A stretch of DNA of 63,381 bases, counting the filler, from Thermodesulfobacteriota bacterium (lineage in GTDB: Bacteria; DASVDK01), in NCBI GenBank assembly GCA_036381125.1. It is 7 parts of 7 records of this genome, joined end to end, with 100 filler letters (N's around TTAATTAATTAA, not from the genome) between each part and the next. Parts side by side here need not be neighbours in the genome. Positions count along the whole stretch, not along the records: positions 17,745 to 37,123 come from DASVDK010000127.1; positions 37,224 to 47,221 come from DASVDK010000128.1; 5 more parts are not named here. One strand, written 5' to 3'. The notes beneath the pieces are model-generated. The model worked only from the letters and a program-made list of their open reading frames with translations. It searched no databases and was not told the origin of the DNA. Made by a program: the position numbers and the translations under genes. Each line of letters starts with the position of its first letter. Within the stretch, counting starts at the first letter, position 1. Shown in pieces: positions 28,950 to 38,098 of this stretch.

Positions 28950-29677
28950 GGCTCGGAGTCCTCGCCGTCCGGCGGCACGAGCCGCGACGCGTGGGCAGCG
29001 ACCCGCTTGCGCGTGAACTCGAGCCGCACGCCGCGATCCGCGCCCCGCGGCGCCACCGAGGCCGCGTCGCGCCGCGGCGAGGCGATGCGCCCCACGATGG
29101 CGTCGATGATGCCGTAGGCAAGCGCCTTCTCGGCGTCGAGGTAGAAGTCGGTGCGCTTGGTGTCGCGGATGATCTGCTTGAGCGGCTGGCCGGAGCGCAT
29201 GGAGAGGATCCGGTAGATCTGCGCCTGCATGGCCTTCAACCGGTCGAGGTGCTGGGCGGCCGACGAGGTCGACTGCCATCCGGCCCACTTGGCCGGCTCG
29301 TGGATCATGATCCACGAGTGGGGGAAGGCGAAGCGGCGGCCCGGCGACGCGGCCTGCAGCACCACGGAGCCCATCGAGTAGGCCATGCCCTGGACGTAGA
29401 TGGACACCTCGATGCCGTCGGCGACGATCTGGGAGATCACGTCGTAGAGCGCGAGACCGTCGGTGACGTTGCCGCCCGGCGTGTTGAGATAGAGCGTGAT
29501 CGGGTCGCGGCTCTGGCCGGCGAACGTCCGGAACTGTTCGACCACTCGCTTGACCGACTCCTTGTCGATGTCGTCGACGAGGTAGACCTCGCGGCGGCGA
29601 TCGACCGACTCGCGCCGCAGCAGGTCCTCGACGGCCGTGATCAGCTCGCGCACCTGCCTCTCGGAGATTCTCGCCAT
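28946..29677 (-). CDS. clpP: Divergent ClpP-family serine protease
   Basis: LYLNTPGG, AYSMG (Ser), IMIHEP (His), RTDFY (Asp), ALAYGIIDAI. Confidence 0.88.
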   Translation of the reverse strand: MARISERQVRELITAVEDLLRRESVDRRREVYLVDDIDKESVKRVVEQFRTFAGQSRDPITLYLNTPGGNVTDGLALYDVISQIVADGIEVSIYVQGMAYSMGSVVLQAASPGRRFAFPHSWIMIHEPAKWAGWQSTSSAAQHLDRLKAMQAQIYRILSMRSGQPLKQIIRDTKRTDFYLDAEKALAYGIIDAIVGRIASPRRDAASVAPRGADRGVRLEFTRKRVAAHASRLVPPDGEDSEP

Positions 29678-29704
29678 GGGGCCCCCGTTCGAAAAACGGG
29701 GCGG

Positions 29705-29715
29705 AGTCTAGCACA
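29705..29715 (-). promoter_or_regulatory. Putative extended -10 promoter for clpP
   Basis: Minus-strand TGTGCTAGACT (TGn-TAGACT) about 28 nt upstream of the ATG. Confidence 0.4.
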
Positions 29716-29720
29716 GCCCC

Positions 29721-30632
29721 CTAGCCGCGGGCGAGCCTTTCCGCATCACGCGCGGCTCCCACGCGATCCCGCTGGCCGCTTGCTTGCCGACCCGAGCGAA
29801 CGGTTCGCATCCAGACGGCGAAGCCGGCTTCCGCGCCGAGGATGAAGACGAGCGCGGAGTAGTAGACCCAGATGAGCAGCAGGACGAGGGCGCCGAGGCT
29901 GCCGGACGCGGGGCCGAGCGTGCCCTGCCGCGCGAGGTCGATGTAGACGCGGAACGCCTGCTTGGCCACCTCGAAGAGCACCGCGGTCACCGTCCCCCCG
30001 GCGAGGGCGGGGAGGATCGGGAGGCCTCGCGCGGGCGCGGTCGTGTAGAGGAGCGTGAACATCAGGACGTTCACGACGAGCGCGCCGCCGAGCGCCACGG
30101 TGGGGGCGACCCAGTCGGTGCGCAGCCCGATCGCCCGGAGGACGTCGACGCCGAACTCCTGCACGACCGCGAAGACGGTGGTGAAGCCGATCGACAGGAG
30201 GAAGAAGATCCCGAGCACGAACACCATCACGACGTCGAAGATCTTGCCCGCGACGAGGCTTCGCGTCTCGGGGACCTCGAAGACGGTGTTCAGGACCGTG
30301 CGGATCGACGAGACGACGCCGGTCGACACCCAGATGAGGCCGAGCAGGCCGATCGCGCCGATCGTGGCGCGGCTCTGCACCACGGCGAGGAGGCTGCCGA
30401 CGATCTCCTCGCTCGCGAAGGGGAGGAAGCGCTGGATCGCCCCCATGACCTCGCGCGTCGCGGTGTCGGACGAGGCCAGCGCGTACCCGACGGCCGCGAA
30501 CAGGAGGACCAGGAGCGGGATCAGCGTCGTGACGACGCTGAAGGCCAGACCCGCCGCCATGAAGAAGACGTTGTCGCGGCCGAGCTTGTCGTAGACCCGG
30601 GCGAGCGTTTCCACACGCCCGGGGCGACGCAA
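29721..30632 (-). CDS. YihY/virulence factor BrkB family membrane protein
   Basis: MAAGLAF...LIPL, LNTVFEVPETR, GSLGALVLLLIWVYYSALVFILGAE. Confidence 0.88.
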   Translation of the reverse strand: MRRPGRVETLARVYDKLGRDNVFFMAAGLAFSVVTTLIPLLVLLFAAVGYALASSDTATREVMGAIQRFLPFASEEIVGSLLAVVQSRATIGAIGLLGLIWVSTGVVSSIRTVLNTVFEVPETRSLVAGKIFDVVMVFVLGIFFLLSIGFTTVFAVVQEFGVDVLRAIGLRTDWVAPTVALGGALVVNVLMFTLLYTTAPARGLPILPALAGGTVTAVLFEVAKQAFRVYIDLARQGTLGPASGSLGALVLLLIWVYYSALVFILGAEAGFAVWMRTVRSGRQASGQRDRVGAARDAERLARG

Positions 30633-30645
30633 GACGCAGGCCGGG

Positions 30646-31929
30646 TCAGCGGCGGGTCTGCCAGAAGGCCTCGAGCGCCTCCCTGGCCGCCCCCGACCCC
30701 TTGAGGTACCAGAGGTCGCCGTTGACGAGCAGCGCGGCGACGGCGACCTCGGGGTCGTCCACCGGCGCGAAGCCGGTGAACCAGTCGTAGTGCCCGCGAG
30801 GGTTGTTGCCGTTCAGCGAGCCGGTCTTGCCGGCGATCTCCCCGCGGCGGGCGGCCCTGGAGTCGCGGAACGCTCGCCGGCTCGTCCCCTGGGTGACCGT
30901 GTCGACCATCATCCCGGCCAGGGCGCTTGCCGTCTGCGCCCGCATCGTCCGGACGAGCACCTCGGGCCTGGCCTCGTACACCACGCGGCCCTTCGCATCG
31001 ACCACCGACTCGACGATCCACGGGCGGGGCATGTGGCCCTCGTTGGCGATGGCCGCGGAGATCAGCGCGGCGTGGAGCGGGCTGATCGTCACCTCGCCGA
31101 AGCCGGCTCCCGTCTTGCCGAGGCCGAACGGGTCGTCGGGCACGCTGGCGCGCGAGACGCCGAGCGGTAGCTCGAAGGGGATCTGGCGGTTGAACGCGAA
31201 CGCCTCGGCGGCGGCGGCCAGCCGATCGGCCCCGACGCGCTTCACCGCCACCTTCGCGAGGACCGGGTTGTTCGAGCGCGCGAGAGCCTGCTCCATGGTC
31301 ATGACCCATCGCTCGCGGTCGGGGTTGTCCCTCACGTGCTCGGGGCGGAGGCGTCGCAGGCCACCGCCCACGGTGTAGATCTTCGTTGCCGGGGTCACGG
31401 TGCCGGCCTCGAGGCCGGCGGCCGCGGTGACGAGCTTGAAGAGCGACGCGGCGGGGAACTCGCTCCGCAGCGCGATCACGCCGAGCGCGCGGTCGCGCGC
31501 CGTCGAGGCGAGCCCGAGGACGCGGCCGTCGCGCGGGTCGAGCATGACGATCGCCCCGGCGATCGGCCGGGCGCGCGCGAGGATCTTCTCGAGGCGCTCC
31601 TGGAGGTCGGGGTCGAGCGTGAGGCGGGCCCGGTGGCCGTCGGGCAGGGCGACGACCGCGGCACCGTCGACGACCTCGATCGCGGCGAGGTCGCTCGGGT
31701 CGAGACGGAACTCCGAGGCCGGGTCCGGCGCGGCCTCCACGGCCGGCGCGGCCGTGCGCGGTTGGCCGAGGAAGGCGCCGCCCGCCCCGGGCCGGTCGTC
31801 GCGCATGGTCGCCGCCAGGCCGGCGAGCGCCAGCAGCGCGAGGCCGAGTCCGGTCACGGCCGAAAGGCGGCGCACGATTCGACGGCGCCGGCCGTACCGC
31901 TGGTAGTCGCGCCAGCTACGGAGTCTCAC
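30646..31929 (-). CDS. Short penicillin-binding transpeptidase domain protein
   Basis: N-terminal TM, LTLDPDLQ, SxxK (SLFK), SNN, KTG. Confidence 0.85.
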   Translation of the reverse strand: MRLRSWRDYQRYGRRRRIVRRLSAVTGLGLALLALAGLAATMRDDRPGAGGAFLGQPRTAAPAVEAAPDPASEFRLDPSDLAAIEVVDGAAVVALPDGHRARLTLDPDLQERLEKILARARPIAGAIVMLDPRDGRVLGLASTARDRALGVIALRSEFPAASLFKLVTAAAGLEAGTVTPATKIYTVGGGLRRLRPEHVRDNPDRERWVMTMEQALARSNNPVLAKVAVKRVGADRLAAAAEAFAFNRQIPFELPLGVSRASVPDDPFGLGKTGAGFGEVTISPLHAALISAAIANEGHMPRPWIVESVVDAKGRVVYEARPEVLVRTMRAQTASALAGMMVDTVTQGTSRRAFRDSRAARRGEIAGKTGSLNGNNPRGHYDWFTGFAPVDDPEVAVAALLVNGDLWYLKGSGAAREALEAFWQTRR

Positions 31930-31975
31930 CCTCTCCCCTCCCGCGATGCTCTCCGGTATGGACGGCCGGCGGCGT

Positions 31976-33352
31976 TCACGCCGTGCCGCCCACGATGATC
32001 TCGGGTATGCGCAGCGTCGGCTGCGCGTCGGCCACGGGGACCCCCTGGCCGTCCTTGCCGCAGGTGCCGATGGCGAAGCCGAGGTCGCGGCCGACGCGGT
32101 CGATGGCGGTCAGGACCGCGGGGCCGTTGCCGGTGAGCGTCGCGCCGCGCACCGGCTCGCCGATGCGCCCGTGCTCGAGCCGGTAGCCCTCCACCACCTC
32201 GAACACGAAGTCGCCGTTCACCGTGTTCACCTGCCCGCCGCCCATGCGGCGCACGAAGAGGCCGCGGTCGACCGACCGCACGATGGCCTCGGGGTCGTCG
32301 TCGCCCGGTGCGATGAAGATGTTCGTCATGCGAGGGATCGGCGCGTGACGGTAGGACTCGCGCCGGCCGTTGCCGGTCGGGGCCGCGGCGAGCTTCATCG
32401 CCGAGCGCCGATCGTGGAGGTAGCCTCGCAGCACGCCGCGCTCGACGAGCACGGTGCGCGCCCCGGGGACCGCCTCGTCGTCGAAGGCGAACGACCCGCG
32501 GCGACCCGGCAGCGTCGCGTCGTCGACCACCGAGACGATCGGGGCCGCCACGACGTCGCCGATGCGGTCTCCGTAGACGGAGAGCCCCTCGCCCGCGAGG
32601 TCGGCCTCGAGCCCGTGCCCGACCGCCTCGTGCACCATCGTGCCGCCCGCCTCGCTCGAGAGCACGACCGGCATCGGGCCCGACGGCGCCGGCGCGGCGT
32701 CGAGCAGCACGAGGGCGAGGTCGGCTGCCCGCGTGGCCACCGCCTCGGCCGGCTCGGCGTCGAACAGCTCCATCCCGACCGTCCCCCCGACCGGCACGTA
32801 GCCGGTCTGCAGCCGGTCGCCCTCGCCCGCGACGACGGTCGCCGCGAGGGTGGTGAGCACCCGCTCGCCGTCGGCCGTGTCGCCGGTGGAGGTGAAGATG
32901 GCGAGCCGCTGCGCGACGTCTCTATAGGTGATCCGCACCTGGCGGACGCGCGGGTCGCGCCCGCGGGCCGCCGCATTGGCCGACGCGACCAGGCGTGCCT
33001 TCGCCGAGAGCGACGACCGGCCGGGGTGACGCCCGGCGAAGGTCCCCCTCAGCGGGCCGGCGAAGGCGGCCACGCAGCCCGCAACCCCTTCCCGCGCCGC
33101 GGCGGCCACCTCGCTCGCCAGCGCCCGTAGACCTGCCGGCGTGCCGTCGTTGGTGTAGCCGTAGGCCGTGCGTCCGCCGAAGAGCACCCGAAGGCCGGCG
33201 CCGGCGTCGACCGTGTCGACCACCGACTCCATCCGGTCTCCCTCGAACACGAGCGCGGCCGTCCGCCTGGCCTCCACGAAGAGGTCCGCGTACTCGCCGC
33301 CGCGCGCGAGCGCGCGGGCAAGGATGTCCTGGGCGAGGTTACGGTCGAGCAT
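31976..33352 (-). CDS. tldD: TldD/PmbA family metalloprotease (TldD-type)
   Basis: HEAVGHGLEAD zinc motif, TGNGRRESY, PRMTN, CGKDGQ. Confidence 0.92.
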   Translation of the reverse strand: MLDRNLAQDILARALARGGEYADLFVEARRTAALVFEGDRMESVVDTVDAGAGLRVLFGGRTAYGYTNDGTPAGLRALASEVAAAAREGVAGCVAAFAGPLRGTFAGRHPGRSSLSAKARLVASANAAARGRDPRVRQVRITYRDVAQRLAIFTSTGDTADGERVLTTLAATVVAGEGDRLQTGYVPVGGTVGMELFDAEPAEAVATRAADLALVLLDAAPAPSGPMPVVLSSEAGGTMVHEAVGHGLEADLAGEGLSVYGDRIGDVVAAPIVSVVDDATLPGRRGSFAFDDEAVPGARTVLVERGVLRGYLHDRRSAMKLAAAPTGNGRRESYRHAPIPRMTNIFIAPGDDDPEAIVRSVDRGLFVRRMGGGQVNTVNGDFVFEVVEGYRLEHGRIGEPVRGATLTGNGPAVLTAIDRVGRDLGFAIGTCGKDGQGVPVADAQPTLRIPEIIVGGTA

Positions 33353-33427
33353 CGAGCATGCGCCGTGTCGGGTGGAGGAGCCTAACATAACTCGAGCTTC
33401 GGGGGGAACCCCCGGAGTTCAAATTTC

Positions 33428-33456
33428 TTGACACCCGGGTGGGGGGCACGTATATT
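33428..33456 (+). promoter_or_regulatory. Near-consensus sigma70 promoter
   Basis: TTGACA-N17-TATATT upstream of the LysM gene; a GC hairpin (33394-33420) lies just upstream. Confidence 0.75.
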
Positions 33457-33523
33457 CCGCGCGCCAGCGGCCAGGACTGACGTAAGTCCTCGAATGGACT
33501 GCATTCTGGAGGCATCGACCGGT

Positions 33524-34843
33524 ATGGACCGCGCTCGCCTGCGTCTCCCGCTCACCGCCGCCGCCCTGGCGGCGGGCCTCGTCGTCTCCATCGCCGATGC
33601 CCAGACCTATACCGACCGCGCGCGGGATGCGGCCGCCCGGATCGAGGCGGCGCAGGCGGACCACGCGGCCGCGGCCGACGCCCAGGCGGCCGACCCTGCG
33701 GCCGAGGCGGGTGACCTCCCGGCCCAGCCGGGCGTCATGTCGTTCACCCCGACCGGGACGGGGGAGGTCGATGCGGGCGCTACCGAGCCCCTGGGGGCGC
33801 CCACGATCATCTCCGGCGACGGTCCGGGCACGCCGACCGCCCCGGAGACCCGGGTGTACATCGTCCAGCGGGGCGACACCCTCTGGGACATCTCCGGTCG
33901 CTTCCTCGGCAACCCGTTCCGCTGGCCGTCGCTGTGGGAGAAGAACCGCTACATCGCGGACCCCCACTGGATCTACCCCGGCAACCCGATCGACCTCGCC
34001 GAGCTCGAGCGCCGCCTCGACGCCGCCGAGGCCGAGGCGCGCGCCGCGAGCGAGACCGGCCTGATCCCGCCCGGGGCGGGCACGATGGACCCGGAGGCCT
34101 TCGTCCGGGCGACGACGACCGAGACCGAGGAGGTGCCGACCGGGCCGCGCATCCACCTGTCGCTGACGCCGCGGGTCGAGGACCGGCGGTACGACGTGCA
34201 GCAGGGCTTCATCGCGGACGAGGAGATCGACGGCCTGGGCCGCGTGATCGACTGGCCGGTCGCCGAGCGCCGCCTGGCGACCGAGGCGGACACCATTTAT
34301 CTGGCGCTCGGCCGGGGGCAGAGCGCCGCCGTGGGCGACCGCTTCTCCATCATCCGGCGGGGCGAGAAGGTGCCGCACCCCACGAAGTGGGGGACGGTCG
34401 GCTACCGGTACCGCCACGTGGGCGACGTCGTCGTGACGGCGGTGAACGACCAGGTCGCCACGGCGACGGTCACGCGCGCCCTCGACACCATCGAGCGCGG
34501 CGACCGGGTCCGCGCCTACGAGCCCTTCTTCGTGGAGGTCCGGCCGAAGCCGGCCGCCAGGGCGCTCGACGCCGTGGTGGTCGCCTCGAAGTGGGACACC
34601 GACCTCTCGGCCGAGCACGACATCGTCTACGTCGACAAGGGCTCCGAGGACGGCGTGGAGGTCGGCAACGTCTTCGCGGTGTCCAGGCCGGGCCGGCGGA
34701 TCGACGGCGTGCGGACGCCGAGTCGGGTGATCGCCCATCTGCTGGTCCTCGAGACGGGCAAGCGAACCTCGTCGGCCATGGTCTTCCGCAGCACCGAGCC
34801 GATCGAGGCCGGCGACCGCGCCACCCTGTCCGTGCAGCCCTAG
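33524..34843 (+). CDS. LysM peptidoglycan-binding protein, TsaP-like
   Basis: Signal peptide, YIVQRGDTLWDIS..FLGNPFRWPSLWEKN..IADPHWIYPG; conserved position upstream of dprA. Confidence 0.85.
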   Translation: MDRARLRLPLTAAALAAGLVVSIADAQTYTDRARDAAARIEAAQADHAAAADAQAADPAAEAGDLPAQPGVMSFTPTGTGEVDAGATEPLGAPTIISGDGPGTPTAPETRVYIVQRGDTLWDISGRFLGNPFRWPSLWEKNRYIADPHWIYPGNPIDLAELERRLDAAEAEARAASETGLIPPGAGTMDPEAFVRATTTETEEVPTGPRIHLSLTPRVEDRRYDVQQGFIADEEIDGLGRVIDWPVAERRLATEADTIYLALGRGQSAAVGDRFSIIRRGEKVPHPTKWGTVGYRYRHVGDVVVTAVNDQVATATVTRALDTIERGDRVRAYEPFFVEVRPKPAARALDAVVVASKWDTDLSAEHDIVYVDKGSEDGVEVGNVFAVSRPGRRIDGVRTPSRVIAHLLVLETGKRTSSAMVFRSTEPIEAGDRATLSVQP

Positions 34844-34844
34844 T

Positions 34845-34872
34845 TTGACCCGACTCGCCGGGCGGCTATACT
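34845..34872 (+). promoter_or_regulatory. Putative sigma70 promoter for dprA-smg
   Basis: TTGACC-N16-TATACT. Confidence 0.55.
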
Positions 34873-34948
34873 TCCCGGGTCCGCTCGCCGGGGTGGGCAT
34901 CCGCCCGCCGGCCGGTCTCCGGGACGCCGCTCTGTGGGAGGGCAACGG

Positions 34949-35836
34949 GTGGAGACGCGGACCATCGAGCGAGGGGCGCCGGACTACCCGCCGAGCCTCG
35001 AGCGTCTGTCCGATCCGCCGGCGCGACTCTACGTGGCCGGCACCTGGCCCTGGCCGCCGGGCGTGGCCATCGTCGGCGCCCGCGCGGCCACGCCGGCGGG
35101 CCGCCGGCTCGCGGGCGACCTCGCGGCCGCGCTGGCGGCCGTCGGCGTGCCGGTCGTGAGCGGTCTGGCGCGCGGGATCGACGCGGCCGCGCACGTCGGG
35201 GCACTCGAGGGCGGGGGCCCGACCCTGGCCGTGCTCGGCAGCGGCCTCGACCGCATCTACCCGCCGGAGCACGCGGCGCTGGCCGACCGCGTGCGGCGCG
35301 CCGGCGCGCTGGTGACCGAGTACCCGCCCGGCACGCCGCCGAACGGGTGGCACTTCCCGAGGCGCAACCGGCTCCTGGCCGCGCTGTCGACGGCCGTGGT
35401 GGTGGTCGAGGCGGGCGAGCGGAGCGGCGCGCTCGGCACGGCGCGGATGGCGCTCGACCTCGGACTCGACGTCCTCGCGGTGCCGGGACCGCCCGGCGCG
35501 CCCCTGGCGCGCGGGACCAACGGGTTGATCAGGGACGGCGCCGGGCTCGTCGAAGGTCCGGAGGACCTCCTCGCCGCGATCGGCCGGACCCCGCGTCCCC
35601 TCGACCGCGAGGCCGAGCGGCTGCTGCCGTCGGACGACGCCAGGCGGGTGCTCGACGTGCTCGGCGGCCGCCGCCTGGCGCTCGACGAGATCGCGATCGA
35701 GGCCGGTCTTCCGGCCGGCCGCGTGGCGGCGGCCCTGGTCGTGCTCGAGATGTCGGGCCTCGTCGATCCCCCGACCGGCCAGTTGTACAGCGCCCGGCCC
35801 GGGCGGTCGGTGCGACACACATGGAGGGCCTCGTGA
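34949..35836 (+). CDS. dprA: DNA processing protein DprA (no N-terminal SAM domain)
   Basis: YPPSL...DPP, AIVGAR, VSGLARGID, FPRRNR, VVEAGERSG, C-terminal winged helix; GTG after GGGAGG. Confidence 0.92.
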   Translation: METRTIERGAPDYPPSLERLSDPPARLYVAGTWPWPPGVAIVGARAATPAGRRLAGDLAAALAAVGVPVVSGLARGIDAAAHVGALEGGGPTLAVLGSGLDRIYPPEHAALADRVRRAGALVTEYPPGTPPNGWHFPRRNRLLAALSTAVVVVEAGERSGALGTARMALDLGLDVLAVPGPPGAPLARGTNGLIRDGAGLVEGPEDLLAAIGRTPRPLDREAERLLPSDDARRVLDVLGGRRLALDEIAIEAGLPAGRVAAALVVLEMSGLVDPPTGQLYSARPGRSVRHTWRAS

Positions 35837-35837
35837 G

Positions 35838-36308
35838 ATGCGCGAGCGATTCCTCGACCTGGTGACGCTGCTCGCCCGATACCTCTTCGAGGAAGGCCGC
35901 GAGGACGAGGACGCGATCGTCGAGGAGCTGGCGGCCGAGGGCTACGATCCCCAGGACACGCGCGAAGCGTTCGAGTGGTTGGAGCAGGTGGCGGCCGCCC
36001 GGGGCGGTCGGCCGCTCGTGCGGCCGGGCGCCGAGGACAGCGCCTCGCGGGTGCTGACGCCGGCCGAGCAGCTCAAGATCGACGCCGCCGCGTACGGCTA
36101 CCTGATGCGCCTGCGGCAGCTCGGGCTCCTCGACACGCTCCTGCTCGAGCGGGTCCTCGAGCGCGCGATGGAGGTCGACGCGGACGAGATCGGCGTCGAG
36201 GAGGCGAAGCAGATCGCGGCGCTGGTGCTCTTCGACCGGAGCCCCTACGAGGTGCGGGGCCACGTCCTCGACCTCGTCGAGGATCGCCGGGAGCGCGTGT
36301 ACCACTAG
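35838..36308 (+). CDS. smg: Smg/DUF494 family protein
   Basis: [26 protein letters not shown]-terminal VYH; sits between dprA and topA. Confidence 0.8.
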   Translation: MRERFLDLVTLLARYLFEEGREDEDAIVEELAAEGYDPQDTREAFEWLEQVAAARGGRPLVRPGAEDSASRVLTPAEQLKIDAAAYGYLMRLRQLGLLDTLLLERVLERAMEVDADEIGVEEAKQIAALVLFDRSPYEVRGHVLDLVEDRRERVYH

Positions 36309-36370
36309 CAGCCGGCGGGGCGCCGGCGTCCGCTCACCCGCTTGACGCCCCTGGTACAGTCCGGAGGATC

Positions 36371-37123
36371 ATGGGCAAGTCACTGGTCATCGTCGAGTCG
36401 CCCGCCAAGGCGAAGACGATCAACAAGTACCTGGGACGCGACTTCGTCGTGCGGTCCTCGGTCGGGCACGTCAAGGACCTGCCCAAGAGCCAGCTCGGCG
36501 TCGACGTCGAGCACGACTTCCAGCCCGAGTACGAGGTCATCCGCGGCAAGGGGAAGGTGCTCGCGGAGATCAAGAAGCTCGCCAAGGAGGCCGAGGCGAT
36601 CTACCTGGCACCCGACCCCGACCGGGAGGGCGAGGCGATCGCCTGGCACATCGCGCAGGAGATCGGTGCCATCCCGGACGGCAACGGCGCCGGCAGGCCG
36701 GCCAGGGGCAAGGCCGGTCGAGGCGCCTCGAAGAAGACCGCCGCGAAGTCCCGCGCGAAGAAGGGTCCGAAGGTCTACCGCGTCCTCTTCAACGAGATCA
36801 CCAAGAAGGCCATCCAGGAGGCCATCCGGAACCCGGCCGAGCTGAACGAGGCCAAGTACAACGCGCAGCAGGCCCGCCGGATCCTCGACCGCCTCGTCGG
36901 CTACCAGATCAGCCCGCTCCTCTGGGACAAGGTCCGGCGCGGCCTGTCGGCCGGACGGGTCCAGTCGGTGGCCGTGCGGCTCATCGTCGACCGCGAGCGC
37001 GAGATCCGCGCCTTCAAGCCCGAGGAGTACTGGTCGATCACGGCCACGCTCGAGGGCCGGACGCCGCCCCCCTTCGAGGCGAAGCTCGTCCGCATCGGCG
37101 ACCGGAAGGTCGAGATCGGCTCG
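36371..37123 (+). CDS. topA: DNA topoisomerase I, N-terminal part
   Basis: [42 protein letters not shown]. Confidence 0.97.
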
Positions 37124-37223
37124 NNNNNNNNNNNNNNNNNNNNNNNNNNNNNNNNNNNNNNNNNNNNTTAATTAATTAANNNNNNNNNNNNNNNNNNNNN
37201 NNNNNNNNNNNNNNNNNNNNNNN
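37124..37223. other. Artificial contig linker
   Basis: N-run with TTAATTAATTAA. Confidence 0.98.
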
Positions 37224-37325
37224 GTCGCACGCGCGGCACACCCACCCCGGCCGGCACGGCTTGTAGCCGTTGAAGTCGCGGCAGTCGGGGCGCCAGCCTC
37301 CCGGAAGCGTGCGCGGGGTGGTCAC
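37224..37325 (-). CDS. N-terminal fragment, probable GT9-family protein with a Cys-rich N-terminus
   Basis: GTGA-coupled start; MTTPRTLPGGWRPDCRDFNGYKPCRPGWVCRACD. Confidence 0.5.
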
Positions 37326-38098
37326 GGCCGGGCCTCGGGGTGCCTGGCCCGGTACTCCATCTCCCAGAGCTTCAGGTGGCGCAGCAGGTAGTTGAGCCCC
37401 ACGAGGAGGGCCAGGACGAGCCCGTGCGCGCCGTCGCGGTAGCCGCCGTGGAGCACGAACCGCCCGAAGGCGCGCTCGACCGGCTGCGTGGCGAGCGCCC
37501 ACCAGGAGAAGCGTCGGCCGGTCTCGAAGTCGAGCCGCGCGTCGATGGTCGAGTAGCGGTTGAACTTGTCCACGAAGGTCTCGACGCGGTCGTACGAGCG
37601 GTGGACGAGCGGCTCGGCCGCGTGGGCCACCGGTCCGTCGACCACCATCTTCTCGTGCACGCGCCCCGTCCAGCGGCCGGCCCCCCGCCGGTAGAGGCGC
37701 AGCTTGCGCTGCGTGCCCCAGCCGCCGCCGTCGATCCACCGGCCGAAGATGCGTTCGCGCCTGACGAAGCTCATCCCGACGTACGGACCCGGGTCGGCCA
37801 CGAACCGGCGGATCTCCGCGGCGAGCGCCTCGCTCACCTCCTCGTCCGGATCGACCGCGAAGCACCAGTCGCCGGTCGCCTGGGCGTCGGCGAAGTTGCG
37901 CTGGTCGGCGAAGTCGTCGGGCCAGGGCCGCGTCACGACGCGCGCCCCCGCGGCCGCGGCGAGGGCGGCGGTGCCGTCGGTGCTCTCCGAGTCGACGACC
38001 ACGACCTCGTCGCAGAAGCGCAGGGCGGCGAGGCTCGCCTCGATGCGCGGCGCCTCGTCGCGGGTGATCAGGACGGCCGAGATCCGGGGCCCGGTCAT
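37322..38098 (-). CDS. GT2 glycosyltransferase (WaaE/KdtX-like)
   Basis: ISAVLITRDE, VVVDSESTDGT, QRNFA, DPDE, VHE. Confidence 0.88.
   Translation of the reverse strand: MTGPRISAVLITRDEAPRIEASLAALRFCDEVVVVDSESTDGTAALAAAAGARVVTRPWPDDFADQRNFADAQATGDWCFAVDPDEEVSEALAAEIRRFVADPGPYVGMSFVRRERIFGRWIDGGGWGTQRKLRLYRRGAGRWTGRVHEKMVVDGPVAHAAEPLVHRSYDRVETFVDKFNRYSTIDARLDFETGRRFSWWALATQPVERAFGRFVLHGGYRDGAHGLVLALLVGLNYLLRHLKLWEMEYRARHPEARP

Noticed and set aside
28950-29714. 541-aa ORF-track version of the polymerase overlapping all of clpP
   Set aside because: The N-terminal about 255 codons are a low-complexity alternative frame of clpP; homology starts only at about 28949
36342-36360. TTGACG/TACAGT promoter before topA
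   Set aside because: The spacer is only 7 nt; at most an extended -10, too weak to call
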